A stretch of 64,000 nucleotides of DNA from Geopsychrobacteraceae bacterium (GCA_963662315.1 OY759353.1:2880001-2944000), one strand, 5' to 3'; positions 9,725 to 19,635 are shown, counted from the first letter of the stretch. Made by a program: numbers and translations. Notes: generated by a model from the letters alone, not told the origin.

Positions 9725-11263
9725 TTGAATCATTCCTATTCGAAACTGCAGGCCAAAGCCTGCGAGCTAAGAGCATTAGAGCACGAAGCCGCAGTCCAAA
9801 TGCTTAAAAAAGAAAAACTGAAAATCCGTCAGGGGCAGACCACCAAGGCCATAACCCTGGTTGACGAAGCCGGGGAAACTATCGGCTCCACCGACATCGC
9901 CCACCTGGCCCATAACAAAGGCACCATGGTCAGCACCGCCGCCGCCCTTGAAAACGCGCCCCTGTCCAAACTCAAAATCCGCCAGGCTATCGGACACAGT
10001 CAATTCGAAGTAACCACCATAACCAAAAGCTCCCGCCTTGCACGCGCCCTGGAAGTTCCAGAACTTGAAAGTAATGTGGATATCAAAGTCAAAGCAAGCG
10101 CGATCCGCACCATGCGCAAGACCCTGGTACCAGCGGTTATTCTGTTTGAAATTTGGAATTTGAATACAGCTGTGAAAGCGTGGGAAAAGGCAAGACAACT
10201 TCAACAGGATGAAAATAAAGCCGCAGCAGATGTTTTTAACGGCTTGTCTGACTTAGCATTCGCCACAATGGAAGCAATCATCCTATTTACCGAAGAAAAT
10301 TCTAAGATATATACATTTCTGAAATACAAAGCATTTACTCTCTTTGGCAGAAACATTGGTCTGGCACCTTTTACAGGTGCAGTTACCGGATTGTTCAGTT
10401 GCGCGCTCTCTTTACGTGAATGCGTCCATTCAATTAAATATAACGACACAGATGCTGCTGTTGGCCATGCGATCATGACCAGTGGATTTGTCCTTTCCAC
10501 CATTGCCATTATTGGCGATACCAGCTTACCCGCTATAGCCGCCGGGATTGGGTGGACAGCCGCTTTTACTCCCTACCTTTGGGGCTTTGTTGGAATTATT
10601 TTTATTGGGGCCGGAATAGTCGCATTGTGTCAGGATGAACCGATTGAAAAATGGGCAGCCAATGGCCCCTTTAGCCTTGTTGAGGGGGCTGAAGAGCTGA
10701 GCTACCTGCACACCAACCCCAAAATCAGCTATCAGGTGTTGTGCAATGCCTTGTATACACCCCAAATAAGCGGCCGCAGTATAACAACCCCCATTTACAC
10801 CGCCTGTCAAAAAGGGGACTTTGAGGTGACTATCAGCCTGCCCAAATTTCGCCTTGGGTTTAACGACCTGGACGTGCGTGCCAGTTGGGAGGTTCACACA
10901 GCACAGGCCAGCGGCTTAAGCAGCTACCCGCAACAAACCGTTTATCCCTATATGATCCAGCAACTCACCGATGACAGTCGCCGCATCACCGGGTTCAAAT
11001 ATTTCTACAGCCCGCCTCAGCGCAAAACAGCCCGTCCTTTGTGGCAGGCCAAAGCCCGCCTGTTTATGGATAACGACCTTATCCTGCCGGACGGCGAACG
11101 CAAACATGTAACCGGTGAACTGCTGCTAGCAGAAGCTGTACAAAAACCGGTTAAAAGAGCAGAGGAATCGGATACCGCCTTCTTGCAGCGCTGGGAAAAA
11201 CATCACCAGCAGGAAGAAGCCATTAACCCCAAACAACCCGGTTGGGTCTACACAACAAACTAA
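9725..11263 (+). pseudogene. Orphan (5'-truncated) variant of the effector C-terminal half
   Basis: From 9746 near-identical to 5992-6411, divergent hydrophobic middle (~10166-10600), near-identical again to the effector 3' end; only a TTG start, no MIX domain. Confidence 0.85.
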
Positions 11264-11272
11264 GAGTCCTTT

Positions 11273-12196
11273 ATGGATAACATGATTCAATACACCGACA
11301 CCGCCTACACCCTGGCAAAAAAGAATGGGCTTAAACCTCCAAACCCAGCTGTCTGGCGTGGTCCTCAACGGCACCATCGAGCTCTGGCTCTCCCAAATGG
11401 CATCCACTTTGGAGATTATCGCTGGAGTGTTAAAAAGAAACGACTCAAGCAATTACAGGAAGGTACCCTAGCCAACCCCGATTTAACTAATATTTATCTG
11501 AGCCCTGGTTCAAATCCTCTCTTTATCGTCATGGTTCTTCGCATTTTTGCAATAATTTTTGCTCTCATGGGCTTAGTAACTGGCCTTTTAGGAACAATGC
11601 TTGGAGGGGGGACATTATCAGACTATATCTTCTTTTTCTGGGGTGGGGGGGCCTTCCTATTTCTTCACCTGTTAACAAAGATAGTTCCTGATAAAAATAG
11701 TATTACCATGAATCGTGCAACCGGAATGGTCTCTTTACCGCCATTCTATAAGCAGGACGGGCCACTCCCCTTTGCTGAATTTGATGGTTACTATCGTACT
11801 TCTTGCTCACGTCATGGGGTTATTCGTTACACTTTAAGCCTTTGTCACCGCTATAAACCCATCGCTATTATCACCGATGTCGGCGAGACAAAAAGGCCGA
11901 TACTCTTCAGCCAATGGGAAATGTACCAGCAACTTATGGATATCAATCAACCGCTTCCGGATCTTCCTGAATACGAACCGGTCCGCCATCTCGACCCAAC
12001 AACCAAAGCCTGGGACGAAAAGCACAAGCGCGATCCCAACTACTGGAAGAATTTTGATTTGCGCAATGCCTACAATGCAATGATAGACTCGGTTGACAAA
12101 TGCGAAGCCTTTGACTGGGATAGCCTGCCAACCGATCACGTACCACCAGAAGCCAAAGCCAGAGCGTCCAGAATGGCGCAACTGTTTAAGGAATAG
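11273..12196 (+). CDS. Immunity paralog I3 (probable partner of the orphan effector half)
   Basis: Follows the orphan with the same 9-nt gap as I1 follows the main effector; same N- and C-termini as I1, different core. Confidence 0.7.
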   Translation: MDNMIQYTDTAYTLAKKNGLKPPNPAVWRGPQRHHRALALPNGIHFGDYRWSVKKKRLKQLQEGTLANPDLTNIYLSPGSNPLFIVMVLRIFAIIFALMGLVTGLLGTMLGGGTLSDYIFFFWGGGAFLFLHLLTKIVPDKNSITMNRATGMVSLPPFYKQDGPLPFAEFDGYYRTSCSRHGVIRYTLSLCHRYKPIAIITDVGETKRPILFSQWEMYQQLMDINQPLPDLPEYEPVRHLDPTTKAWDEKHKRDPNYWKNFDLRNAYNAMIDSVDKCEAFDWDSLPTDHVPPEAKARASRMAQLFKE

Positions 12197-12296
12197 TGCT
12201 GGTGAGTTCTTTGACAATTGAATACCCCCATTGGGGATAACGCTTAGATCTTTGTTCTTCTTTGCGTGAGACAGTTTTTGGGTTTTGTATTTCGCC

Positions 12297-12518
12297 CTGT
12301 GGCAAGCCAAAGCCAGGCTGCAACGAACCGGCGGCATTATGCTGCTCGACGGTAAACGCGAAGACGTTACCGGACGCTTACTCATCCCGGAATTGTCCGA
12401 ACCAAAGCAGCAACCGGAACAAACCGCTGCCGAATATGAACTGGCCCTGCAGAAGTACCGCGACCAGTTAAATCATATTGGCCCCAAAGTCCCCGGCTGG
12501 GTCTATACAACCAACTAA
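12297..12518 (+). pseudogene. Orphan effector C-terminal tail fragment, type B
   Basis: LWQAKARLQRTGGIMLLDGKREDVTGRLL...GPKVPGWVYTTN*. Confidence 0.8.
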
Positions 12519-12527
12519 GGTTACACG

Positions 12528-13457
12528 ATGCCTAAAATGATTGAATACACGGATACTGCTTACACCTACGCACAGAAAAAGGATCTGGCGCCAGCTGATC
12601 CAACGCTCTGGACCGGTCGTTTGAAACATATCCGTGCCATCTCTTTACCCAATGGGGTCCATTGCGGCGATTTTCGCTGGAACCTCAGAGAATCCATGCT
12701 CAATTCCATGAAAAATGGAAAACTTCGTATTGGTGATCTGGAGAATCTTCGCATCAGTTGTACTAATAATCCATTAGTATATGTATATATGTTGCGATAT
12801 ATGGCAGGCTTTTTGGCATCATGTTCTTTTGTGCTATTTATACTTTTCTCTTTCTCTATAAAATCTTTTGATGGGATCCTTTTTGTTTTTTTTCTTATAA
12901 CTGGGGGAGCTTGGCTAATTTTCCACTACCTCACCAAAATTGTCCCCGACAAGAACAACATTACCATCAACCGAGCCACCGGTATGGTTTGTTTGCCACC
13001 CGGAAAGTACCGACCAACAGCCCGCGAAATTCCTTTTGCCGAATTTGATGGCTACTGCCGTTCGACGACCTCACCGGTTGGTGTTGCATCCTATTATTTT
13101 TGCATGGGACATCGCTATGAGCCGATTTATGTCAGTTACGGTGGGGAAGCGACCACCTTCGGTGATCATTACGGCACCTGGGAAGAACTGCAGCAACTGA
13201 TGGATATCAACCTCCCCCTGCCTGATCTGCCTGAATTCGAACCGTTCCGGCAGCAGGACCCAACCACCAAAGCTTGGGATGAAAAGCATGGGCGCGATCC
13301 TGATTACTGGAAAAAGATGAACCCCGACTGGCTGCCGGACTTGCGCCGCGAAGGTTACGAAGCCCTGAAAGCCGTCGACTGGAGCCTGCTGCCCCGCGAT
13401 CATGTGCCATCGGCAGAAGCTATTGAAGAGGCCCGTAGGGCCGCACGGCGCAGATGA
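12528..13457 (+). CDS. Orphan immunity paralog I4
   Basis: Paralog of I2/I7; mosaic (see findings). Confidence 0.7.
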   Translation: MPKMIEYTDTAYTYAQKKDLAPADPTLWTGRLKHIRAISLPNGVHCGDFRWNLRESMLNSMKNGKLRIGDLENLRISCTNNPLVYVYMLRYMAGFLASCSFVLFILFSFSIKSFDGILFVFFLITGGAWLIFHYLTKIVPDKNNITINRATGMVCLPPGKYRPTAREIPFAEFDGYCRSTTSPVGVASYYFCMGHRYEPIYVSYGGEATTFGDHYGTWEELQQLMDINLPLPDLPEFEPFRQQDPTTKAWDEKHGRDPDYWKKMNPDWLPDLRREGYEALKAVDWSLLPRDHVPSAEAIEEARRAARRR

Positions 13458-13552
13458 AGGTTTAGTTCTTTGATAATTGGATAGGTCCTTATGAGGGGAC
13501 AACGCTTGGATCTTTGTTCTTCTTTGCGTGAGACAGTTTTTGGGTTTTACCT

Positions 13553-13777
13553 CTGTGGAAGGCCAAAGCCCGCCTGTTTATGGATAACGACACCATCCTG
13601 CCGGACGGCGAACGCAAACATGTAACCGGTGAACTGCTGCTAGCAGAAGCTGTACAAAAACCGGTTAAAAAGTCAGAAGAATCAGACACCGCCTTTTTGC
13701 AGCGCTGGGAAAAGCATCACCAGCAGGAAGAAGCCATTAACCCAAATAAACCCGGTTGGATTTACACCAAAGCTTAA
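13553..13777 (+). pseudogene. Orphan effector C-terminal tail fragment, type A variant
   Basis: LWKAKARLFMDNDTILPDGERKH...PNKPGWIYTKA*, homologous to 7273-7497. Confidence 0.8.
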
Positions 13778-13786
13778 GGGACCTTC

Positions 13787-14716
13787 ATGGTTGATATGCT
13801 GCAATATACAAAAAACGCTTATACCTTAAACCAAAAGAAAAAACTCCCCCCAGCTGACTCAGATGTCTGGAAAGGGGTACAACGCATTAAACGGGCTATT
13901 TCTATGCCCAACGGCATCTTTTGTGGAGATTATCGCTGGCGTGCGAACGCCTCTAGTATTAGAAAACTCCGCAAAGGGACCATGCCCATAACTGATCTCC
14001 ACAAGCTTCATTTAAGTTGTGGGAATAATCCCTTTGTGCTTGTTTTGGCATTACGCACAGCATCAACAATATTATCTATCGCAGGGTTGTTCCCTCTAAT
14101 TATTGATTTAATTAATGGTTTTCCTCTAAGGTTTAATAGTTTTTCTCTCACATTAGTGGGCGCAGTGGGCTTCATAATTTTCCACATACTCTCTAAAATT
14201 ACCCCAGACAAAAACAACATCACTATGGATCGTGCAACTGGAATGGTACATTTTCCGGCAAGAGGAAAACAGGCCGAGCGGTTTGTTCCTTTTGCGGAAC
14301 TTGACGGCTATTACAATACAGTTTGTACACCTAATGGCGTGGTTCGTTACTCCCTGCAGGTGTGCCACCGCTATGAGCCGCTCAGTGCAATGCCCGGTGA
14401 TGCCGTCACTAATGAACAGGAGATCTTTGGCAGCTGGGAAATTCTGCAACAGATGATGGATGTCTCCCTACCACTACCCGATATTCCGGAATTGGAACCA
14501 GTCCGTCACCTCGACCCTACGACCAGAACCTGGGACAAAGAGCATGACCGTGACCCTAATTACTGGAAAAACTTCGACCTTGATAAACTAGAGAATGAAA
14601 TTATGTTTTCCACTCGCAAGCTTGAGGCCGTTGATTGGCACAGCCTGCCAACCGATCACGTACCACCAGAAGCCAAAGCCAGAGCATCCAGAATGGCGCA
14701 ACTGTTTAAGGAATAG
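13787..14716 (+). CDS. Orphan immunity paralog I5
   Basis: Same family motifs (PDKNNIT.DRATG, PLPDIPELEPVRHLDPTT); most divergent N-terminus. Confidence 0.7.
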   Translation: MVDMLQYTKNAYTLNQKKKLPPADSDVWKGVQRIKRAISMPNGIFCGDYRWRANASSIRKLRKGTMPITDLHKLHLSCGNNPFVLVLALRTASTILSIAGLFPLIIDLINGFPLRFNSFSLTLVGAVGFIIFHILSKITPDKNNITMDRATGMVHFPARGKQAERFVPFAELDGYYNTVCTPNGVVRYSLQVCHRYEPLSAMPGDAVTNEQEIFGSWEILQQMMDVSLPLPDIPELEPVRHLDPTTRTWDKEHDRDPNYWKNFDLDKLENEIMFSTRKLEAVDWHSLPTDHVPPEAKARASRMAQLFKE

Positions 14717-14818
14717 TGCTGGTGAGTTCTTTGACAATTGAATACCCCCTTTTGGGGACAACGCTTGGATCTTTGTTCTTCTTTGCATGAGACAGTTTTT
14801 GGGTTTTGTGTTTCGCCC

Positions 14819-15043
14819 CTGTGGCAGGCCAAAGCCCGCCTGTTTATGGATAACGACCTTATCCTGCCGGACGGCGAACGCAAACATGTAACCGGTGAAC
14901 TGCTGCTAGCAGAAGCTGTACAAAAACCGGTTAAAAAAGCAGAGGAATCGGACACCGCCTTTTTGCAGCGCTGGGAAAAGCATCACCAGCAGGAAGAAGT
15001 CATCAACCCCAAACAACCCGGTTGGGTCTACACAACAAACTAA
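14819..15043 (+). pseudogene. Orphan effector C-terminal tail fragment, type A
   Basis: Near-identical to 7273-7497 (LWQAKARLFMDNDLIL...PGWVYTTN*). Confidence 0.8.
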
Positions 15044-15052
15044 GGATCCTTA

Positions 15053-15976
15053 ATGGATAACATGATTCAATACACCGACACCGCCTACACCCTGGCAAAA
15101 AAGAATGGGCTTAAACCACCTGACCCAGCCCTGTGGAAAGGGGCCCAGCGCACTCTCCGTGCCATACCCCTCCCCAATGGCATCTTTTGTGGAGATTTCC
15201 GCTATAACATTATAGGCAGGCATATACGGGCCTTAAAATTGGGGAAAAATCCGCAAGAAACGTTAACCGAACTGAGGATAGGGGTAGGCCGTAATCCCCT
15301 TGTTAATGTCATGCTCCTCAGGGTTCTTGCTGCAATTTTTGCGGTGGCTGGTTTAGCCCCTGGTATAGCGGGAATTATGATAGGAGGTTCCAAATTTTCA
15401 GATTTTTCATTGTTCTTCTGGGGGGGGGGGGCATTTATCTTCTTCCATCTGCTCACCAAGATTGTTCCTGATAAAAACAACATTACCGTCAACCGTGCCA
15501 CCGGCATGATCAGTTTTCCAAAAATTGGTCGCAGGCCAGCCCAGGAACTCCCCTTTGCCGAATTTGATGCCTACTACTTTAGTAGCACTTATCCAACCGG
15601 TGTCGTCCATTATATTTTAAGTGTTTGCCACCGTTACTCACCCGCATTCACACATCAGGGCAATTCGGTCCGTATTAAGGAGATATTCATGGAATGGGAG
15701 TTCCTCCAGCAACTTATGGATGTCAACTTACCATTACCAGATATCCCCAGATTCGAACCCCTGCGGCACCTTGACCCAACCACCAAAGCCTGGGACGAAG
15801 AACATGGTCGTGACCCCAATTACTGGAAAAATTATGACCTGCGCAACCTGAAGGCAGAACAAACAGCATCCAGCCGTAAACAAGACAGTATCGATTGGCA
15901 CAGCTTGCCAACCGATCACGTACCACCAGAAACCAAAGCCAGAGCGTCCAGAATGGCGCAACTGTTTAAGGAATAG
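15053..15976 (+). CDS. Orphan immunity paralog I6
   Basis: Backbone close to I1, different TM hairpin. Confidence 0.7.
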   Translation: MDNMIQYTDTAYTLAKKNGLKPPDPALWKGAQRTLRAIPLPNGIFCGDFRYNIIGRHIRALKLGKNPQETLTELRIGVGRNPLVNVMLLRVLAAIFAVAGLAPGIAGIMIGGSKFSDFSLFFWGGGAFIFFHLLTKIVPDKNNITVNRATGMISFPKIGRRPAQELPFAEFDAYYFSSTYPTGVVHYILSVCHRYSPAFTHQGNSVRIKEIFMEWEFLQQLMDVNLPLPDIPRFEPLRHLDPTTKAWDEEHGRDPNYWKNYDLRNLKAEQTASSRKQDSIDWHSLPTDHVPPETKARASRMAQLFKE

Positions 15977-16077
15977 TGCTGGTGAGTTCTTTGACAATTG
16001 AATACCCCCATTGGGGGACAACGCTTGGATCTTTGCTTTTCTTTACATGAGACAGTTTTTAGGTTTCGTGTTTCGCC

Positions 16078-16299
16078 CTGTGACAAGCCAAATCCAGGCT
16101 GCAACGAACCGACGGCATTATGCTGCCCGACGGCAAACGCGAAGACGTTACCGGCCGCTTACTCATCCCGGAATTGTCCAAGCCGGAAAAACAACCGGAG
16201 CAGACCAGTGCCGAATATGAACTGACCCTGCAAAAGTACCGCAACCAGTTAAACCATATTGACCCCAAAGTCCCCGGCTGGGTCTACACCACCAACTAA
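16078..16299 (+). pseudogene. Orphan effector C-terminal tail fragment, type B, with nonsense change
   Basis: CTG TGA CAA (W codon changed to stop), then homology to 12297-12518. Confidence 0.8.
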
Positions 16300-16308
16300 G
16301 GTTACACG

Positions 16309-17235
16309 ATGCCTAAAATGATTGAATACACGGATACGGCTTACACCTATGCACAGAAAAAGGATCTGGCACCAGCCGATCCAGCTCTCTGGACCGGTCG
16401 TTTGAAACATATCCGTGCCATATCTTTACCCAATGGGGTTCATTGTGGCGATTTTCGCTGGAACCTCAGAGAATCCATGCTCAATTCCATGAAAAATGGA
16501 AAACTTCGTATTGGTGATCTAGAGAATCTTCGCATCAGTTGCACTAATAACCCGTTAGTTTATATCTATATTCTTCGGTTTATGGCAGGGGTTATTTCCC
16601 TTGCCGGTCTTTTCCCCATGTTTATATATATTTCCAACGGCAAATTAACATTACTTTCGTCTTCTGTTTTCCTAGTGGGGGGAGGGGTTTGGCTAATTTT
16701 CCACTACCTCACCAAGATTGTCCCCGACAAAAACAACATTACCATCAACCGAGCCACCGGTATGGTTTGTTTGCCTCCCGGAAAGTACCGACCAACAGCC
16801 CGCGAAATTCCTTTTGCCGAATTTGATGGCTACTGCCGCTCGACGACCTCACCGGTTGGTGTTGCATCCTATTATTTTTGCATGGGACATCGCTATGAGC
16901 CGATTTATGTCAGTTACGGTGGGGAAGCGACCACCTTCGGTGATCATTACGGCACCTGGGAAGAACTGCAGCAACTGATGGATATCAACCTCCCCCTGCC
17001 TGATCTGCCTGAATTCGAACCATTCCGGCAGCAGGACCCAACCACCAAAGCTTGGGATGAAAAGCATGGGCGCGATCCTGATTACTGGAAAAAGATGAAC
17101 CCCGACTGGCTGCCGGACTTGCGCCGCGAAGGTTACGAAGCCCTGAAAGCCGTCGACTGGAGCCTGCTGCCCCGCGATCATGTGCCATCGGCAGAAGCGA
17201 TTGAAGAGGCCCGTAGGACCGCACGGCGCAGATAA
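16309..17235 (+). CDS. Orphan immunity paralog I7
   Basis: Near-identical to I4 outside the TM hairpin. Confidence 0.7.
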   Translation: MPKMIEYTDTAYTYAQKKDLAPADPALWTGRLKHIRAISLPNGVHCGDFRWNLRESMLNSMKNGKLRIGDLENLRISCTNNPLVYIYILRFMAGVISLAGLFPMFIYISNGKLTLLSSSVFLVGGGVWLIFHYLTKIVPDKNNITINRATGMVCLPPGKYRPTAREIPFAEFDGYCRSTTSPVGVASYYFCMGHRYEPIYVSYGGEATTFGDHYGTWEELQQLMDINLPLPDLPEFEPFRQQDPTTKAWDEKHGRDPDYWKKMNPDWLPDLRREGYEALKAVDWSLLPRDHVPSAEAIEEARRTARRR

Positions 17236-17321
17236 TGGTTTAGTTCTTTGACAACTGAATATCCCATATTCTGAGACATTGTTGCGCCGGGTTGCCAAAG
17301 AACCGTTACTCCTGTCATCCG

Positions 17322-17987
17322 CTAGACAATACATCCATCTTCAATAGTAATCGACCGCTGGGCCATAGCAGCATAAGTCGGGTCGTGGGTCACCATGACA
17401 ATCGCCATGCCTTCGGCGTTCAGTTCGGTTAGCAGTTTCATGATCTGCTCTCCGGTTCGTTTATCCAGGCTGCCAGTGGGCTCATCTGCAAATAAGACCC
17501 GGGAAGATTTCACCAGGGCCCGGGCAATGGCAACACGCTGCTGCTCACCACCGGAAAGCTGCCCCGGTAAACGCTCAACCTTGTCCGCCAGTCCAACCCG
17601 TGCCAGACATTGGTGGGCCTTTTCAATCGCCTCCCGGTTAATGCCACGAAGCGATTTCATATACGGTAGCAATACATTTTCCAGCACCGTCAGGTATGGG
17701 AGCAAATGATGGAACTGGAAAATGATGGAGAAGTCGGATTGCCGCAGCAGGTTGAGTCGCTGATCAGAGATCTGGCACAGGTCTTCATCAAAGTAGTGCA
17801 ATGCGCCGGCATCGGCGTCGACCAGGGTCGAGAGAACGTTGAGCAGGGTGCTCTTGCCGGAGCCTGAGCGCCCGATAATAGAGACAAACTCCCCTTCGTT
17901 GATAGCGACGGAAACGCCCTTAAGCACTGGAACCCGTTGCCCATCGGTATAAAAGCATTTTTCAATATTTCTGGCTGAAATCATCAT
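17322..17987 (-). CDS. ABC transporter ATP-binding protein (LolD/MacB-like)
   Basis: Walker A GRSGSGKST, LSGGEQQRVAIARAL, DEPTG. Confidence 0.9.
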   Translation of the reverse strand: MMISARNIEKCFYTDGQRVPVLKGVSVAINEGEFVSIIGRSGSGKSTLLNVLSTLVDADAGALHYFDEDLCQISDQRLNLLRQSDFSIIFQFHHLLPYLTVLENVLLPYMKSLRGINREAIEKAHQCLARVGLADKVERLPGQLSGGEQQRVAIARALVKSSRVLFADEPTGSLDKRTGEQIMKLLTELNAEGMAIVMVTHDPTYAAMAQRSITIEDGCIV

Positions 17988-17999
17988 AAGATTCTCCTG

Positions 18000-19163
18000 T
18001 TAAAGAGCGACCAGAACCCGTGAGGGTTCGATCCTGGCACCCTTTAATGCCGGATAGCTGGCAGCAACAACGGTGATGACGGAAAATATGCTGAGCGACG
18101 CCAGCAGATGCAACGATGAAAAAGTCGGCACGATACCGTCAGCCAGATTCAAAAATTCCAGCACGCGGAAACTGGCTCCGAAACCCGCGAAATAACCGAG
18201 AACCCCGGCCAGTCCGCCTACAAAGCCTGCTTCAATACAGAAAATGGTGAATATTTGTCTTTTGCCATAGCCAAGGGAACGCAAAATACCAATATCTTTC
18301 TTGCGCTCATTAACGGCGGACAGCATTGACAGGCCAACCATGCAGACCGCCGTAACCAGGATAATCAGACTCACCGCCAAGGCCAGCTGCTGGACAAAAT
18401 GTACCGAGGCCATGCGCTGCACAACAACATGGCGCAGAGCGCTGATCTTGGCTCCCGGCAGCGCAGATTGAAGCTGAGCGACGATGTCCTCGATAGGGCA
18501 ACCGGCGCACAGGGCTGCCACTTCGATAAAGCTGGTACTGTTCGTACGTCCCATTAGCTGCTGCAGGTGCGGCAAACCCATGAATATGACACCATCATCC
18601 TCGGATCCGGTGGCATAAAGAGATGCGGTCACGGTAAAATCATGGCCCAGTAAAGACACAACATCACCGGTCTTAAGCCCCAGCTGTTCAGCGGCATGAC
18701 TTCCGACCAGCACTTCTCCTTCCTGGCCACTGAAGGTCCCGTTGCTGGCCCAGTAACTCTTGATCCGGCGTTCCTGCTCCCAATCAATACCGACAACCGC
18801 AACACCGCTTCCGTTGACATTGGCCAGGGTCACCAATTTGGGCGCTACAGCGCTGATGCGCTCATTCAGCGCAATACCATGAATAGCTTCAACCGTTTGA
18901 CGTTCCTCCAAATTCTGGACATCAAAGAGCATATCCCCCATGTGAAAACCGCCATAACTGAGGCTGAGAGCCTCCGTTTTGGGTGAAATAACGATATTGG
19001 CGCCAAAAGCCGTGAGCTTTCTCTCCAGGCTTTCCCCGACGACACGGGACACCTGGAACAGCGCAACAATCGACATGACACCGAGACTGAAGACAAACAG
19101 CAACAGCAGTGTCTTGGAAGGCTTGCGCCGCATGTTGCGCAGGGGAATGGTCAGGATATTCAT
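18000..19163 (-). CDS. ABC transporter permease (FtsX/MacB-like)
   Basis: N-terminal TM, periplasmic domain, VNERKKDIGILRSLG, three C-terminal TMs. Confidence 0.85.
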   Translation of the reverse strand: MNILTIPLRNMRRKPSKTLLLLFVFSLGVMSIVALFQVSRVVGESLERKLTAFGANIVISPKTEALSLSYGGFHMGDMLFDVQNLEERQTVEAIHGIALNERISAVAPKLVTLANVNGSGVAVVGIDWEQERRIKSYWASNGTFSGQEGEVLVGSHAAEQLGLKTGDVVSLLGHDFTVTASLYATGSEDDGVIFMGLPHLQQLMGRTNSTSFIEVAALCAGCPIEDIVAQLQSALPGAKISALRHVVVQRMASVHFVQQLALAVSLIILVTAVCMVGLSMLSAVNERKKDIGILRSLGYGKRQIFTIFCIEAGFVGGLAGVLGYFAGFGASFRVLEFLNLADGIVPTFSSLHLLASLSIFSVITVVAASYPALKGARIEPSRVLVAL

Positions 19164-19173
19164 CTGCTCCTCC

Positions 19174-19635
19174 TTAAAAGAAACGGGCTCCCGGAAGAAT
19201 ATCCCTCTCTTTAATCGTCAACAGGTTACCGGCAATTTCGCGCTTCAGTGGTGCGGGGTTACACCCTCCCTGAACCACGTTGACCCGGCTGCTGTGAAAG
19301 CGCTGGCCACAGTTGTTACAAACCATGTACTCGTCATCCTGCGAGTAGCCTTTGCGCTCGGGATAACAGACGTCACAGGCATCAAAGGCGGCTCTCAATA
19401 CACCATCGGGACTTTTGACGACAAAAAATTTGATCTCACGACCATCCTTTTTATAGACGTAATAATGAGCATTGCCGTCATTGATGTCAGTAACATCAAA
19501 CGTGACCTCACCGTCAGCCGCGTGTACGGTTTTAACCGCACTGAACATACCCAGATCCGCAACATAGAACAGAGTAAACGCCACCAGACCGATCAGGCCG
19601 ACAGCAACAGTAATAAGCAGAGTATTTCTGGACAT
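19174..19635 (-). CDS. DUF2318 membrane-anchored Fe-S/metal-binding protein
   Basis: AFDACDVC...GY.Q....VCNNCG...GGCNPAPL; start chosen at MSRNTLL. Confidence 0.8.
   Translation of the reverse strand: MSRNTLLITVAVGLIGLVAFTLFYVADLGMFSAVKTVHAADGEVTFDVTDINDGNAHYYVYKKDGREIKFFVVKSPDGVLRAAFDACDVCYPERKGYSQDDEYMVCNNCGQRFHSSRVNVVQGGCNPAPLKREIAGNLLTIKERDILPGARFF

Noticed and set aside
8434..16077. Regularly spaced repeats as a CRISPR array or attC sites
   Set aside because: Units are ~100 bp separated by >1 kb of paralogous genes; no cas genes and no RYYYAAC...GTTRRRY pairing seen
7507..17235. Diversity-generating retroelement driving immunity variation
   Set aside because: Differences are block-like and not adenine-specific; no intact RT in the window
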